From an uncultured bacterium (lineage in GTDB: Bacteria; Actinomycetota; Thermoleophilia; Solirubrobacterales; Solirubrobacteraceae): 64,000 bases of DNA. A program made the position numbers and the translations under genes. The notes below the pieces were generated by a model. The model was given only the letters and a program-made list of their open reading frames with translations, searched no databases and was not told where the DNA came from. How positions within the stretch are numbered: position 1 is the stretch's first letter; the number at the start of each line of letters is the position of its first letter. Shown here piece after piece: positions 8,482 to 21,031 of the stretch. The stretch lies in assembly GCA_963768005.1 (NCBI GenBank), contig CAVYGD010000002.1, positions 151,350 to 215,349 of the forward strand, in the 5' to 3' direction.

Positions 8482-9562
8482 AGCCGTAGATCGGCCCCGG
8501 CTCCGCGCAGCCACCGGCGCCGGTTCCCTGCGCGGCGGCAGGCCGACAAGGTCCGGTGCGCATCACCGAGCCGGCGAAGTTGCCGTTGATCAGTGTGATC
8601 TCGCCGTCGGGAAGGACGCTCTCGACGATCGCGACGTGAAGCGAGGAGGAGGGCTCGGCCGGTCCGGTGCCAAAGAGCGCAGCCCACCCCGGTTGCGGCG
8701 TGCTCGAAGGCGGGTGAGCCTGGCCGCGCTGCTTCGCCCATTCGTACACGGCGCCCGAGAACCCGAGCGACGGGATGTCCACGCGCGCACGGCGCCAGAC
8801 CCAGGTGGTGAAGAGCGCGCACCACGCCTCGCAGGGTCCGTAGCGGGTGCAGTTGGAGCCGGGTGGGCTTTCGCGCTGTCCAAGCTGCGTGCGCGCGATC
8901 TGCACGATCCGCTGCCCGACTTCCGACGCGGGCACGGTGCCCGCGGCGCACCGCGCCCCCGGCGGCACCGGTTCCGGCGACGGCGACGAGGGCGCTTCTG
9001 TCTCGAGCGCTCCCGCGGGCGGCGCTTCGACGCGGACCAGGCCCGACCAGTCGGCCGGCAAACCGAGCGCCTCCCGCGTTTCAGTCCAGAGGTCGATCGC
9101 GCGCGGGTGCCCGTCGATCGGCGGACCGCCCATACCCACGTCGCGCTTTTCGGCGAGCACCGTGCGGCCGTTGGGTGCACGGATCTCGAGCTGCGTGTAG
9201 GGGGCGAGGGGTCCGCCAAGCCCGAGCGCGAGGCCGATCCGGTCGGCGTGCTCGCGATCGGCGTCGGATTCCGACCAGAGGCCTAGCTCCGCGAACGCGT
9301 AGTGACCTGCGAGGCCCGACCCGTACGCGCCGGGGCCGGATCCTGAGTACACGGTGGCGGCCAGCAGCGTCCCGCCGTCTGCTGGCAGGGTCCCTTCGCT
9401 GCCGGACTCACACGCGGCATCGGCCGCGAGCAGCCCACCCGTGATCGCGGCGATCGTGAACACGACGAACGCCGCTGTGGCCGCGATCGCGCAGAGCGCG
9501 CCCGCGCAGACGTAGATGCCAATGCCGTGCGCTCGCGGCCCTGTGTCCAAGCGCGGCTGCAC
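8465..9562 (-). CDS. Bifunctional cell-wall hydrolase: 3D/DPBB-like domain plus CHAP peptidase
   Basis: TM anchor; RDVG.GG..RAIDLW; WCALFTTWVW, HVAIVE, INGN (Cys/His pair; N at the usual E position). Confidence 0.85.
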   Translation of the reverse strand: MQPRLDTGPRAHGIGIYVCAGALCAIAATAAFVVFTIAAITGGLLAADAACESGSEGTLPADGGTLLAATVYSGSGPGAYGSGLAGHYAFAELGLWSESDADREHADRIGLALGLGGPLAPYTQLEIRAPNGRTVLAEKRDVGMGGPPIDGHPRAIDLWTETREALGLPADWSGLVRVEAPPAGALETEAPSSPSPEPVPPGARCAAGTVPASEVGQRIVQIARTQLGQRESPPGSNCTRYGPCEAWCALFTTWVWRRARVDIPSLGFSGAVYEWAKQRGQAHPPSSTPQPGWAALFGTGPAEPSSSLHVAIVESVLPDGEITLINGNFAGSVMRTGPCRPAAAQGTGAGGCAEPGPIYGYAAPT

Positions 9563-9602
9563 TGCCGCCTTTGACCGACGACGCGATATGCGTCATGACT
9601 TC

Positions 9603-12600
9603 TCACACACGGCTTTGCGTGAGCTCGGACAGCTCCGGCTCAGCGCAGCGTGCGCGCGGATCGTTACCCGCAAGCGAGCTGCGCACAGCGGGCGGCAGCG
9701 GCTGCACGCGGTAGGCGCTCAAGACACCCGCGTGCGCGTCGCGCTCGGCCGCGAAGACGATCTGCTCACGTCCGCGGTACTCCCACTCGGAGGGATACTC
9801 GCCCGCATACGCTCGGCACGCGGTCAAGATCATGTCCGCGCGACGGGCGCACTCCCTCGCACGCGCGCGATCGCGGCAGACGAACACGGCTAGCGGCGCC
9901 ACTTCCTCGTGCGTGCCGTATCGCTTCGTGTGCGTCGCCCAACCAGTGATCATGTGGTCGTAGCGCTCGAGCTTTCTCGCCGCTCGGCCACGTGGCATGC
10001 GATCGTCGTACTCGACAAGGACGTCCGTTCCGCCCGGGAGCGCGATTGTTGCGTCCGGCCGAACCGTCTCGAAGCGCTCGATCTCTGCGCGCTCGCCGCT
10101 CGCCTCCGTGCGCCGAAAGTCGTGTGCGGCGCGACCTCCCGGAAGCCGAAGCTCGCGCGGCCCGAGCGCGACATGAGCGCCGTCGAGCGATCGCGCCGGC
10201 GGCGAGATCACGGACTCCGCCGCTCCCTTGAGCCTCAGCGCTCCCTGTCCGAAGGCGGCCTCCACGGCGAGCACCCAGCCGGCGACGTGAAGCTCGTGCC
10301 GAACCTGTGCGACGCGGCGATGATCCTCGCCCGAGCGCGGCAGCGTCGGAGGCGCCGCCAATGCACGATCGCCACCGAGCACGTCGGAGTTACCCAATGC
10401 GGCGTTGCCGGCGGCGGTGATCGCGTAGCACATCGGCGTCCCTGCGCCGTCGCGGCGGTGGAACTGAAGCCGGCAGAGCAGACCCGCGTCGGCGAGTCGC
10501 TTCAGGCGCCGCTGCGTCGTCGTCTGCGCGCGCGAGCGATTGAAACGCCTGTGTACCTGTGTGCTCAGCAGGTAGCCCAGGGTTGCGACCAGCGCGAGGA
10601 TGCCAAGGTCGAGCGCGTCGGGTTCGGACGCCGCCACGCTCCCCGGCCGCCCGGCGAGGCGCAAGCGGCTGGCGCCGTCGATCGCCGCCAGCTCGCCGTA
10701 GCTGAGCGGCGCACTCGCGGGGGCCTCGCTGGCAACGCTTGCGGTCCTCGCTGGGCGCCGCTCGCCGGCAGGGCGCGGCTTTGCGGGCTCCCCCGTCGGC
10801 AGCTCGCGAGCACTCTCCCGGTCCCAGTGCGGCTGGCGGAGATCCGCGAGGAAGCGTCCGCCGCGCTCCTGCTGGCGCCTGGTGTGAAAAGCAATCCGCA
10901 CCGGATCGACGCGCAGCGGGAGGGTCTGCGCGACGAACGGCGGCTGGCGTCCCGCGGACGTAATGAAGCTCGCAATCGCGTGGTAGCGCGGAAGGTGGAG
11001 CCTCGCGTCGGGCCTGCCGAGCGCTGAGAGGTTGCGGATCCCCGGCCGCACGGCATCGGAGAACTCCGCCATCAGCAGCGACGCCGAAGCGCGCGCGTCG
11101 CTGGCGGACGCGGTCGCGAAGTACACGCGGTGTGCGAAGAGCGCGTCGAGCTGGTCACGGATCTCGCGCTCTACCCACTGCGAGTCCGCCTGCCAGCACG
11201 CGACGGTCTCGAGACCCGCCGAGCGCTTGAGCGCCATCGTCTGCGCGAACCCCCTGTTGATGACGAGCGGCGCCTCGTCGATCTTCAACGCCACGGCAAC
11301 GCGGCGCTCGGGCGGCACGTGATCCTGCTGGCGCGCGAGCGAAGCGTCGAGCATGCCCAGCAGCATCTGCATTAGAACCGCGGTGTTTCCCGCCCCCATG
11401 GCTCCGAGTGCACCCTTCACGATGAGCACCTCGGATCCCGCGATGATCCGGTCGAAGTCGACGACGAGCGAGCGGTTGAGGAGCACGCGCTTGATCGACG
11501 AGGAGTTCAGAAGGCGCGCGAGCTTGTTCGCCGGCGCATCGAGCTTCGCTGTTGTCGTCGACCGAGCGTCGGCGAGCTGTGTCGAGAGCTCCGCGGTGAA
11601 GAACTCGGAGATCTCCTTGAGCTCGGGCAGCCTGCGCACGTCCGCGCCGACTCGGCTCCGATAGGTGCGGCCGTCCTCGCCCACGGAGAGCAGGCGCGCC
11701 GCATCCCAAAGTGTCGCCTGCGGATCCCGCGAGAGGACCGCGATGATCGCGTTGCGCAGGTAGCGATCGGAGGACGCCCTGATGTCGGCGTCGGTGAAGA
11801 GGTTCCGCAAGGCGCCGACGACATAGTCCGCGACGACGTCGGGGGGCGCGCTCGCTGCGAGCGGGTTGAACCCGCACCGCGGGTGGGAGAAATCGAGCAG
11901 GGTGCACGTGCGCTCACACGGCGTGGCGCTCATCACCGCATCGGCGGCGTCACCTTTTGGGTCGAACGTGATCACCGCGCAGCTGCTGCGGCGCATGTCC
12001 ACGGCGGCGCTGGCGGCGAGAAAGCTCGACTTGCCCTGCTCGACCGCGCCAGGAACGGCGACATTGCCACGGCGGGAGCGCTCATGGATCGAGACCGGGC
12101 CGTAAGCGTCACACAGCACGCCCTCGCCGTCGGCGGGCCGCTCGATCGCAGGCGGCGCGGGCGCACGCGGCACAGCGGCACGCATGAAGGGGACGCTCGT
12201 GTAGTCGACCGAGGGCAGGTGCCAGAGCGCCGCGAGCTCCGTTGCTGCGAACACGCCGCAGCGAAACGGTGGCAGCGGCGAGCCCTCGCCGCGAGCAAGC
12301 CGGCGTGCGTAGCTACTGTGCGAGCGCCTCCGCGCGGCAATGACGCGCTCGACGAGCCGGCCCTCGGCGCCACGCGCCCGCAGCTCCGAGGCAATCCGGC
12401 GCGCCTGTGGGCGGTCCTCGGCCGCCACCCTGAGGTCGGCGAAGAACAGCGGCTGGTGCTGCACCGAGAGCCCGCCCTTCAGCTCGACCTCGTCGTAGAG
12501 CGAACGCTGTGCGGCGCGGAGTGCGCTCGTGGCACGGGGTCGGGTACGGCGCTCGTGGTGCCTGTAGGCGGTCTCGGCGTAGCGTTCGAGCGAGCGCGGG

Positions 12601-13311
12601 GCCGGCGTCAGCGCGAGCTGAACGTAGGCGGCCTGCGCGCACGAGCCCATCACGGTCAGCAGCGCGTTCATCGCCGGCGCACGCTCGTGCTCCCGGGGGT
12701 CAAGCGCCTTCGCGCGCCGTATAAACGGCGCGCCCTTCTTTAGTCTTAGCAGCGCCGGCGGCACTCCGAGCGAGCACCTCGCAACGCTCGAGCGCCACGT
12801 TTGGATACGCCACGCGCAGAGCGGCCTCGATCTCGTCCTCCATGCCGGCTGGGGCGCTCACCGCGAGCCACACCTCGGCGGCCTGGCCCGTGCGACTGTG
12901 CACCTCGAGCGCGAGCGATGGCTGACCGAGCAGCGCGCGGCCACAGCCACGCGTGAGCACTCGCTTGTGCAACGAGTCGAAGAGTGCAACGACCCCCTCT
13001 GCACTGCTCTCATCCGTGCGATAGGGAACGACGCGTAGACGCACGTAGCGCCTTCGTCGGCGCGCGAGGCAGCGCACGACGACCAGCAGCAGCGACGCGG
13101 CGAGCGCGAGCGCGAGCAGCGGAGCGCCGGTCGCAACGAGCACGCTCCAGGCGACATCCGCCCCGTTCGCCGCCAGGCCCAACCGCACCCCTGCACGTGC
13201 GTCGCCCAGTGTCCTGCCGAGCCCACCCCCAAGGAGCCAAGCGATCACCGACAGCGCGACCCCGAGCGCGACGAGCTCGATCAGTCGCCACAGGACGAAG
13301 CGGGCGAGCAA
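9603..13311 (-). CDS. Membrane-anchored coupling-type ATPase fused to a C-terminal Replic_Relax-like domain, frameshift near 12750
   Basis: N-terminal ORF 12700-13311 with TM helices; GAVEQGKS Walker A, FDPKGD, GFNPL, KIDEA Walker B; C-terminal wHTH (QRRLKRLADAGLL), RHEL.V, RPDA, VEYD, KLERY. Confidence 0.75.
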
Positions 13312-13365
13312 CCTGAACCCAACATCCGACGCGACGCGCCGGATGGCGACAGCTGCGGGTCAGCT

Positions 13366-13944
13366 CTAGAGCGCTTCGGTCCCGACCTTCGCCGCGGCGA
13401 TACGCCGGGTGTCCTCGGGCGCCGGACGCAGCACCATGATCTCCGCCGGCACCTTTTCCAGCAGCCATTGGAGATCCTCGTTGCTGAGGCCCGCGGGCTG
13501 GTCGCCACCCTGCCCGGCGGAAACGATGATGCGATCGAACTGCTCGGCTTCGAGCAGGCTCCGCAGCGCGTCGCGCGCCGTCCTGCCCCGCCCTACGCGT
13601 GAATCGACCTCGACCCCTTGCGCCATCGCCCGCTGCTCGATCACCTCAAGCAACGGCATGCCCGCCGCGCACTGCTGGGGAAGCGGAGCCGAGAGCGGCA
13701 GGTTCATCGGCACGCGAGCGAGGAAGGCCGGCATGATGATCGCGTTCTCGGCCTTCGCGAGCCGGATCGCGGCCTCAAACGCGCGTCGCGGGATGAAGGT
13801 GCCGGTAAACGGCACGAGGATACGTCGCACCGGCCGCGAGCGATCGCGCGCCATGAGGCGCTTGCGCGCCGGCAGCCAATAGCCGGCCGCGGCACCGGCG
13901 AGCAGCGCGATCACGGCAATCCCGACTGCGGCGGGAGCGCTCAT
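13366..13944 (-). CDS. Universal stress protein with N-terminal TM anchor
   Basis: RRILVPFTG, FDRIIV, LLEKVPAEIMVLR; ATGA overlap with the upstream kdpD fragment. Confidence 0.8.
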   Translation of the reverse strand: MSAPAAVGIAVIALLAGAAAGYWLPARKRLMARDRSRPVRRILVPFTGTFIPRRAFEAAIRLAKAENAIIMPAFLARVPMNLPLSAPLPQQCAAGMPLLEVIEQRAMAQGVEVDSRVGRGRTARDALRSLLEAEQFDRIIVSAGQGGDQPAGLSNEDLQWLLEKVPAEIMVLRPAPEDTRRIAAAKVGTEAL

Positions 13945-15113
13945 ACGCTTTCCACGGCGGGGACCTCCTCGACCGGCGCGATCCTGCCTTCGTCGGCGAG
14001 CTGGAGCTTCGCGCGGTCGGCGACCATCCGCAGATCGACGCCGGGGAGGAGTTGCATTAGTTGCAGCGGGAGCGGTGTGCGCAGGCGCCCGAGCCCTCGC
14101 GGGGGCCGCGGAGCACCCATCAGAATGTAGGTCGTGCCGTGAGAGCGGGCCACATCCGCGACTGTAGCCGGCAAATCGTCGGACTCCTCGACGTAGAGCT
14201 TTGCGCCGAGCACGGCGGCGAGTTGCCGCAGCGCCGCGAGCGCGCGCTGCTCCTCGGCGGATTCCTCGCCGCTCGGTGGCTTCACCCACAGCAGCTCGAG
14301 GTCCGCACCCAGCCGCTGAGCCGAGCGCCAGGCGCGCCGCACGAGACGTTGGGCGCTCGGGCGCGGCTGCACTAGCGCGAGCACGCGGTCCGAGATCGCC
14401 CGCGGCGCGTCGGCGCCGAGGTTTTCCTGGCGCGTGGAGATCGTCTCGGTCGTGAGGCGCTTGACCTCCACCTCCTCGGCGACCTGCCGCAAAGCGATCT
14501 CGCGCAGCATCGCGAGGTTCTCGATGCGGAAGAAGTTGTTGAGCGCCATGTCGATGCGCTCGGGTGCGTAGATCTTGCCTGCGCGCAAGCGCTCGAGCAG
14601 CGCCTCGGGGCTCAGGTCGATCAGCACAACCTCGTCCGCGCGCGCGAGCACGCCGTCCGGGATCGTCTCGCGAACGCGGATACCGCTGAGTTCCGTAATG
14701 CGGTCGTTCAGCGACTCGAGGTGCTGGACGTTGAGCGTCGAGAGCACATCGATACCCGCCTCCAAGACGTCCTCGACATCTTCGTATCGCTTGGCGTGCT
14801 CGACGCCCGGCGCGTTGGAGTGGGCGAGCTCGTCGATCAGGCACAGCTCGGGCTTGCGCGCGATGATCCCCGGCAGGTCCATCTCTTCGAGCTCCATCGC
14901 GCGGTAGGAGACCCGCCGCCGCGGGACCTCCGGCATTCCTTCGGCGAGTCGCTCGATGTCGGCGCGGCCGTGGGTCTCCAGATAGCCGATCACCATGTCC
15001 TTGCCGGCCTGCCATTCGGCGTAGCCCTCTTGGAGCATGCGATACGTCTTGCCCACCCCGGCGGCCATGCCGAGGAAGACCTTCAGGTGCCCGCGCTCTG
15101 TCGCCACGTGCAC
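13941..15113 (-). CDS. kdpD: KdpD N-terminal sensor plus Usp domain, stand-alone
   Basis: GHLKVFLGMAAGVGKTY.ML, LIDELAHSN.PG, TLNVQHLESLND, LREIALR; no TM or kinase region. Confidence 0.92.
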   Translation of the reverse strand: MHVATERGHLKVFLGMAAGVGKTYRMLQEGYAEWQAGKDMVIGYLETHGRADIERLAEGMPEVPRRRVSYRAMELEEMDLPGIIARKPELCLIDELAHSNAPGVEHAKRYEDVEDVLEAGIDVLSTLNVQHLESLNDRITELSGIRVRETIPDGVLARADEVVLIDLSPEALLERLRAGKIYAPERIDMALNNFFRIENLAMLREIALRQVAEEVEVKRLTTETISTRQENLGADAPRAISDRVLALVQPRPSAQRLVRRAWRSAQRLGADLELLWVKPPSGEESAEEQRALAALRQLAAVLGAKLYVEESDDLPATVADVARSHGTTYILMGAPRPPRGLGRLRTPLPLQLMQLLPGVDLRMVADRAKLQLADEGRIAPVEEVPAVESV

Positions 15114-15168
15114 ATTGTGGAGGACGCGCCGGCTCGCGGCGGGGCCGCGGGCCGGCGGTGCCGGAGCG

Positions 15169-15366
15169 CTAGGGCGTCGGCTTGAGCGCCAAGTCGTCCG
15201 TGAGCGCCATCGCGCCGCAGTGCGCGCACGTCCAAGCCACGTGGTCGGGATCGAGCTTCATGATCACGGGGCAGCGCCAGTCGTGCGGTGGGCACGGCGA
15301 CTTCGCTGCCGGCGTACCGACGCGTGCCGGCGTCCGGACTGCAGTGCGGTGTTCGAGTAACGTCAT
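15169..15366 (-). CDS. Small Cys/His-rich protein (65 aa), possible metal binder
   Basis: GAGGAAG RBS; CPPH, C and CAHC; co-oriented with the kdp genes. Confidence 0.45.
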   Translation of the reverse strand: MTLLEHRTAVRTPARVGTPAAKSPCPPHDWRCPVIMKLDPDHVAWTCAHCGAMALTDDLALKPTP

Positions 15367-15461
15367 CGTCTTCCTCGGTTCCGTGGTGGATGTGCCGTCG
15401 CGAGCGATATCGGCATCCCAGAGGCCTCGCTGTAGCGCTCCACAGGGGGCTCAGCGGCCGT

Positions 15462-17524
<2,063 letters not shown>

Positions 17525-17538
17525 CGAGGCAAGGCTCC

Positions 17539-18204
17539 TCAGCGCATCCGGTCGAGGGCGAGGTTGAGCTCGAGCACGTTCACGCCGGGTTCGCCCGAGA
17601 AGCCCAGACCGCGCGAGGAGGTGTATTTGGCGATCAGGCCGTCGACGCTCGCGCGCGAGAGGTGACGCATCGCGGCGATGCGGTAGGCCTGGATCCAGGC
17701 GTTGGCCTGTGAGATCTGGGGGTCGAGGCCCGAAGCCGACGAGTTGATCGCGTCGACCGGGATCGTCCCGACCGTCAGCGCCGGATCGTACAGTTGCTTG
17801 TTCGGCCCGGTGTTCAGTTCGAGATAGGCCTTGATGTTTTCCTCGTCGGCTTCCGCGGTCCTCGTGCTGTTCGGTCCATGATTAGAGAATGTGCTCGCGG
17901 CGGCGTTGTACGCGCCGCCTTCAGTCGCCGACGGGCGTGCCTGGAAGTAGCGCGCGTCGGCTTCGGTGACGACCGCGCCCTTCACTTCCTTGGGCTTGCC
18001 GTTCTTTTCGAGCACCGGCGTACCGAAGTTCTGGCCGATGATCTTCGAGCCGATCAGCTTGCCGCCCACATAGACACGCTGCCCGTTGGCGTTACCGGGG
18101 AACGCGACCTGGCTTATGCCCTCGATCACGAATGGGTAGACGAGGCCGAGCAGGACCGTCAGGACGACGATGCCAATCGCGGATGAGATCAGGTCGCGAC
18201 GCAT
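17539..18204 (-). CDS. kdpC: K+-transporting ATPase subunit C
   Basis: YFQARPSA, SASGLDPQIS, VNVLELNLALD. Confidence 0.95.
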   Translation of the reverse strand: MRRDLISSAIGIVVLTVLLGLVYPFVIEGISQVAFPGNANGQRVYVGGKLIGSKIIGQNFGTPVLEKNGKPKEVKGAVVTEADARYFQARPSATEGGAYNAAASTFSNHGPNSTRTAEADEENIKAYLELNTGPNKQLYDPALTVGTIPVDAINSSASGLDPQISQANAWIQAYRIAAMRHLSRASVDGLIAKYTSSRGLGFSGEPGVNVLELNLALDRMR

Positions 18205-18208
18205 TGTC

Positions 18209-20000
18209 CTAGTAGAGGTGTCCCGTGAGCCCCTGTACGATCGGGCCGAGGAGCAGAGCTGGGAAGAACGTCAGCGCGCCGACAAGGATGATCACGCCGA
18301 TCAGCAGCACTACGAACGTCGGGTTGTCGGTGCGCATCGTGCCGAGGCCCGCAGGAGCGATCTTCTTGCCCGCAAGCGCGCCTGCGACCGCGAGCGCGAA
18401 GAGGATCGGCGCGTAGCGCGCGAACACCATGTCGAACCCGCCAAGCAAGTTGGCGAACGTGATTCCATGCGAGCCGAGGTTGCCGGCGTTCGGCTGATCG
18501 AAGCCGGTGTAGCCGGCAAAGGCCGAACCGTTGTTGTTGGCCTGCGAGAGGTAGGCGTAGAAGGTCTCGGAGAACCCCTGCGGCGTGTTGCCGCCCAACT
18601 TGGACGTCGCGGCTTCGCTGATCGATTTGCGCCCCGCGCTGGTGGCGCTGGCCATCGCCGTGCAGAAGAGCGCCGCCAGCGGCGTGATCAGGATGCCGAG
18701 AACCTGCGAGCTTGATCTCGCGCGCTTCGAGCTTCTTGCCGAGCCACTCCGGCGTGCGGCCGACCATCAGCCCGCCGATGAACACGGCCAGCAGCACGTA
18801 CAGCAGGATCGAGTAGAGGCCCGTGCCGACGCCGCCGAAGATCACCTCGCTGGCGGAGAGATTGGCGAACGGCACCGCGCCGCCGATGCCCGTGAAGGAC
18901 TCGATCGCACTGTTGACGGCGCCGCACGAGGTGACGGTGGTGACGACGTCGAAGAGCGCAGAGCCTGCGATCCCGAAGCGCTGCTCCTTGCCTTCCATGT
19001 TCCCGCCGCCGGAGCCGGCGATCACATGCGTGTGCAGTCCAGCCGCATGCTGCGCAGGTGAGCCGTGCGCCTCGGCGACGTAGGCGACCGCGACGGCGCC
19101 CAGGAACATGATCATGACGGTCGCGTAGATCGCGTAGCCCTGCCGGCGGTTCCCGGTCATGCGCCCGTACATGAAGATCAGCGACGCCGGGATGATGAGC
19201 ACGAGCAGCATCTCGAAGAAGTTCGTGAAGCCGGTGGGGTTCTCGAACGGGTGCGCAGAGTTGGTGTTAAAGAACCCGCCGCCATTGGTGCCGAGCTCCT
19301 TGATCACCTCCTGCGAGGCGACGGGCCCCATCGCGATCGATTGCGTGAGCCCAGTGATCGTGTGAGCGCTGAGATACGTCGAGAAGTTGTCAATGACCCC
19401 CTGCGATACGAGCACGAGCGCGCCGATGACCGAGATCGGCGTGAGCACGTAGAGCACTGTGCGCACGAGGTCCTGCCAGAAGTTGCCGAGGCTCTTTCCC
19501 GAGCGCCCGATGATGCCGCGCACGAGCGCGACGGCGACCACGATTCCCACACCTGCTGACAGCCAGTTCTGCACGGTCAGCCCTGCCATCTGGCTGAAGT
19601 AGCTCATCGTTGTCTCGCCGCTGTAGTACTGCCAGTTGGTGTTCGTCATGAACGACGAGACCGTGTTGAACGTGACGTTCCAGGGTGCCGAGTGGTAGCC
19701 GAGGGGGTTGAGCAGATGCGGCACCCACGGGGCGTCCTGCGTGCGCAGGATGAAATACAGCAGCAGCCAGCCGGCGAGCGAGAAGATGATCAGACTGCGG
19801 GCATACGCCTTCCAATCCTGCTCGCGGCGTGGATCGACCCGCATCAGCTTGTAGAGGAATGCCTCGGGCCAGGCGAACAGCGGCGTGAGAATCACGCGTT
19901 CGCCGCTGTACACGCGCGCCATGTAACGACCGAACGGGTACGCGAGCGCGGTGACGATGACCGCGAACAGCACGATCGTTGCCCAGCCGGCGACCGTCAC
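18209..20000 (-). CDS. kdpA: K+-transporting ATPase subunit A, frameshift near 18700
   Basis: SFMTNTNWQYYSGE, LGTNGGGFF, SCGAVNS, NNNGSAFAG, ALTFFPAL.LGPI. Confidence 0.95.
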
Positions 20001-20086
20001 AGCTTCTCACCTCGGACGAGCGCGTAAAAGAGATACCCGATCACGAGCACCGACACGACGAGACCAAAGAAGTCCGCTCCGCTCAT
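19997..20086 (-). CDS. kdpF: KdpF (29 aa)
   Basis: MSGADFFGLVVSVLVIGYLFYALVRGEKL*; matches the YL.YAL..PE.F family pattern; GTGA overlap with kdpA. Confidence 0.85.
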   Translation of the reverse strand: MSGADFFGLVVSVLVIGYLFYALVRGEKL

Positions 20087-20189
20087 ATGTGCGATAAAGC
20101 TCGCGACCGGCAGCGACACGAGCGCTCGGACACCGAGCAGCACTGCTCCCAGGGGACTCAAATCCGGTTCCGCTCCGCACGCACCGGCG

Positions 20190-20270
20190 TCATATGCGCT
20201 CGATGCCAGAGATCATCGCGAGCAGAATCGCGAACATCGCGATTCCGATCACTATCGATACGGCGTCCAT
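20190..20270 (-). CDS. 26-aa hydrophobic kdp-associated peptide
   Basis: MDAVSIVIGIAMFAILLAMISGIERI*; -10-like CATAGT 7 nt before the ATG, consistent with a leaderless mRNA. Confidence 0.65.
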   Translation of the reverse strand: MDAVSIVIGIAMFAILLAMISGIERI

Positions 20271-20277
20271 GGCGGGC

Positions 20278-20343
20278 ACTATGGCGCGGAGCGCATCACG
20301 GCCGCGTGACAATCGCCGCCCTGCATATAACGATTTTGTGACG
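20278..20343 (-). promoter_or_regulatory. kdp promoter with candidate KdpE direct-repeat site
   Basis: AT-rich GTCACAA-N4-GTTATAT repeat on the minus strand, upstream of CATAGT. Confidence 0.45.
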
Positions 20344-20347
20344 GTGC

Positions 20348-21031
20348 TCAGCGCGCGAAGCGGTAGCCGACGCCCGGGTCGGTGAGTATGTACCTCGCCT
20401 TCTCTCCAGGCTCGATCTTCGCGCGCAACCTCGCTATGTGCGTGCGCAGCGGCTGGATGTCGTCGACGTATTCCGGGCCCCACACCTCCGCGAGCAGCAT
20501 CCTGTGCGTGAGCAGACGTCCGCGATTGCGCACGAGCATGCGCAGGAGGTCGAACTCGATCGGCGTGAGGTGGATCTCGTTTCCGTCACGGCGCACGCTG
20601 CGAGCGGCGAGGTCGATCTCGAGGCCGTTGATCGCCATCGCCGGCTCTTCGACGGCGCGCCCGGCACGCCGCAGCGCAGCTTGCAGGCGGGCGACGAGCT
20701 CGCGGGCCCCGAACGGCTTCGTCACGTAGTCGTCGGCGCCGGCTTCGAGCGCGCGCACCTTCTGCTCCTCCTCACCCAGGGCCGAGAGCACGATGATCGG
20801 CATGTCGCTCCACTCGCGCAGCCGTTGCGTCACCTCGACGCCGTCGCCGTCGGGCAGCACGAGGTCGACGATCGCCGCCTGGGGCGGTCGCACGGCGGCG
20901 CGGTCGAGCGCCTCCGCCGCGGTCTCGGCGGGGACCACGTCGAAGCCCGCCTCCCGCAGCACCACTCGCAACGCGCGCAGGATCTGACCTTCGTCGTCGA
21001 CGACGAGCACGCGTGGCGGCTGCACATTCAT
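20348..21031 (-). CDS. kdpE: OmpR-family response regulator
   Basis: VLVVDDE, DLVLPDGDG, GADDYVTKPF, LTPIEFDLL, ILTDPGVGYRF. Confidence 0.93.
   Translation of the reverse strand: MNVQPPRVLVVDDEGQILRALRVVLREAGFDVVPAETAAEALDRAAVRPPQAAIVDLVLPDGDGVEVTQRLREWSDMPIIVLSALGEEEQKVRALEAGADDYVTKPFGARELVARLQAALRRAGRAVEEPAMAINGLEIDLAARSVRRDGNEIHLTPIEFDLLRMLVRNRGRLLTHRMLLAEVWGPEYVDDIQPLRTHIARLRAKIEPGEKARYILTDPGVGYRFAR

Noticed and set aside
1895-13311. Calling the module a complete ICE or prophage
   Set aside because: No integrase, att repeats, VirB4 or phage structural genes are visible
20271-20347. c-di-AMP (ydaO) riboswitch upstream of kdp
   Set aside because: The region is too short and lacks the conserved motifs; better explained as a KdpE-dependent promoter
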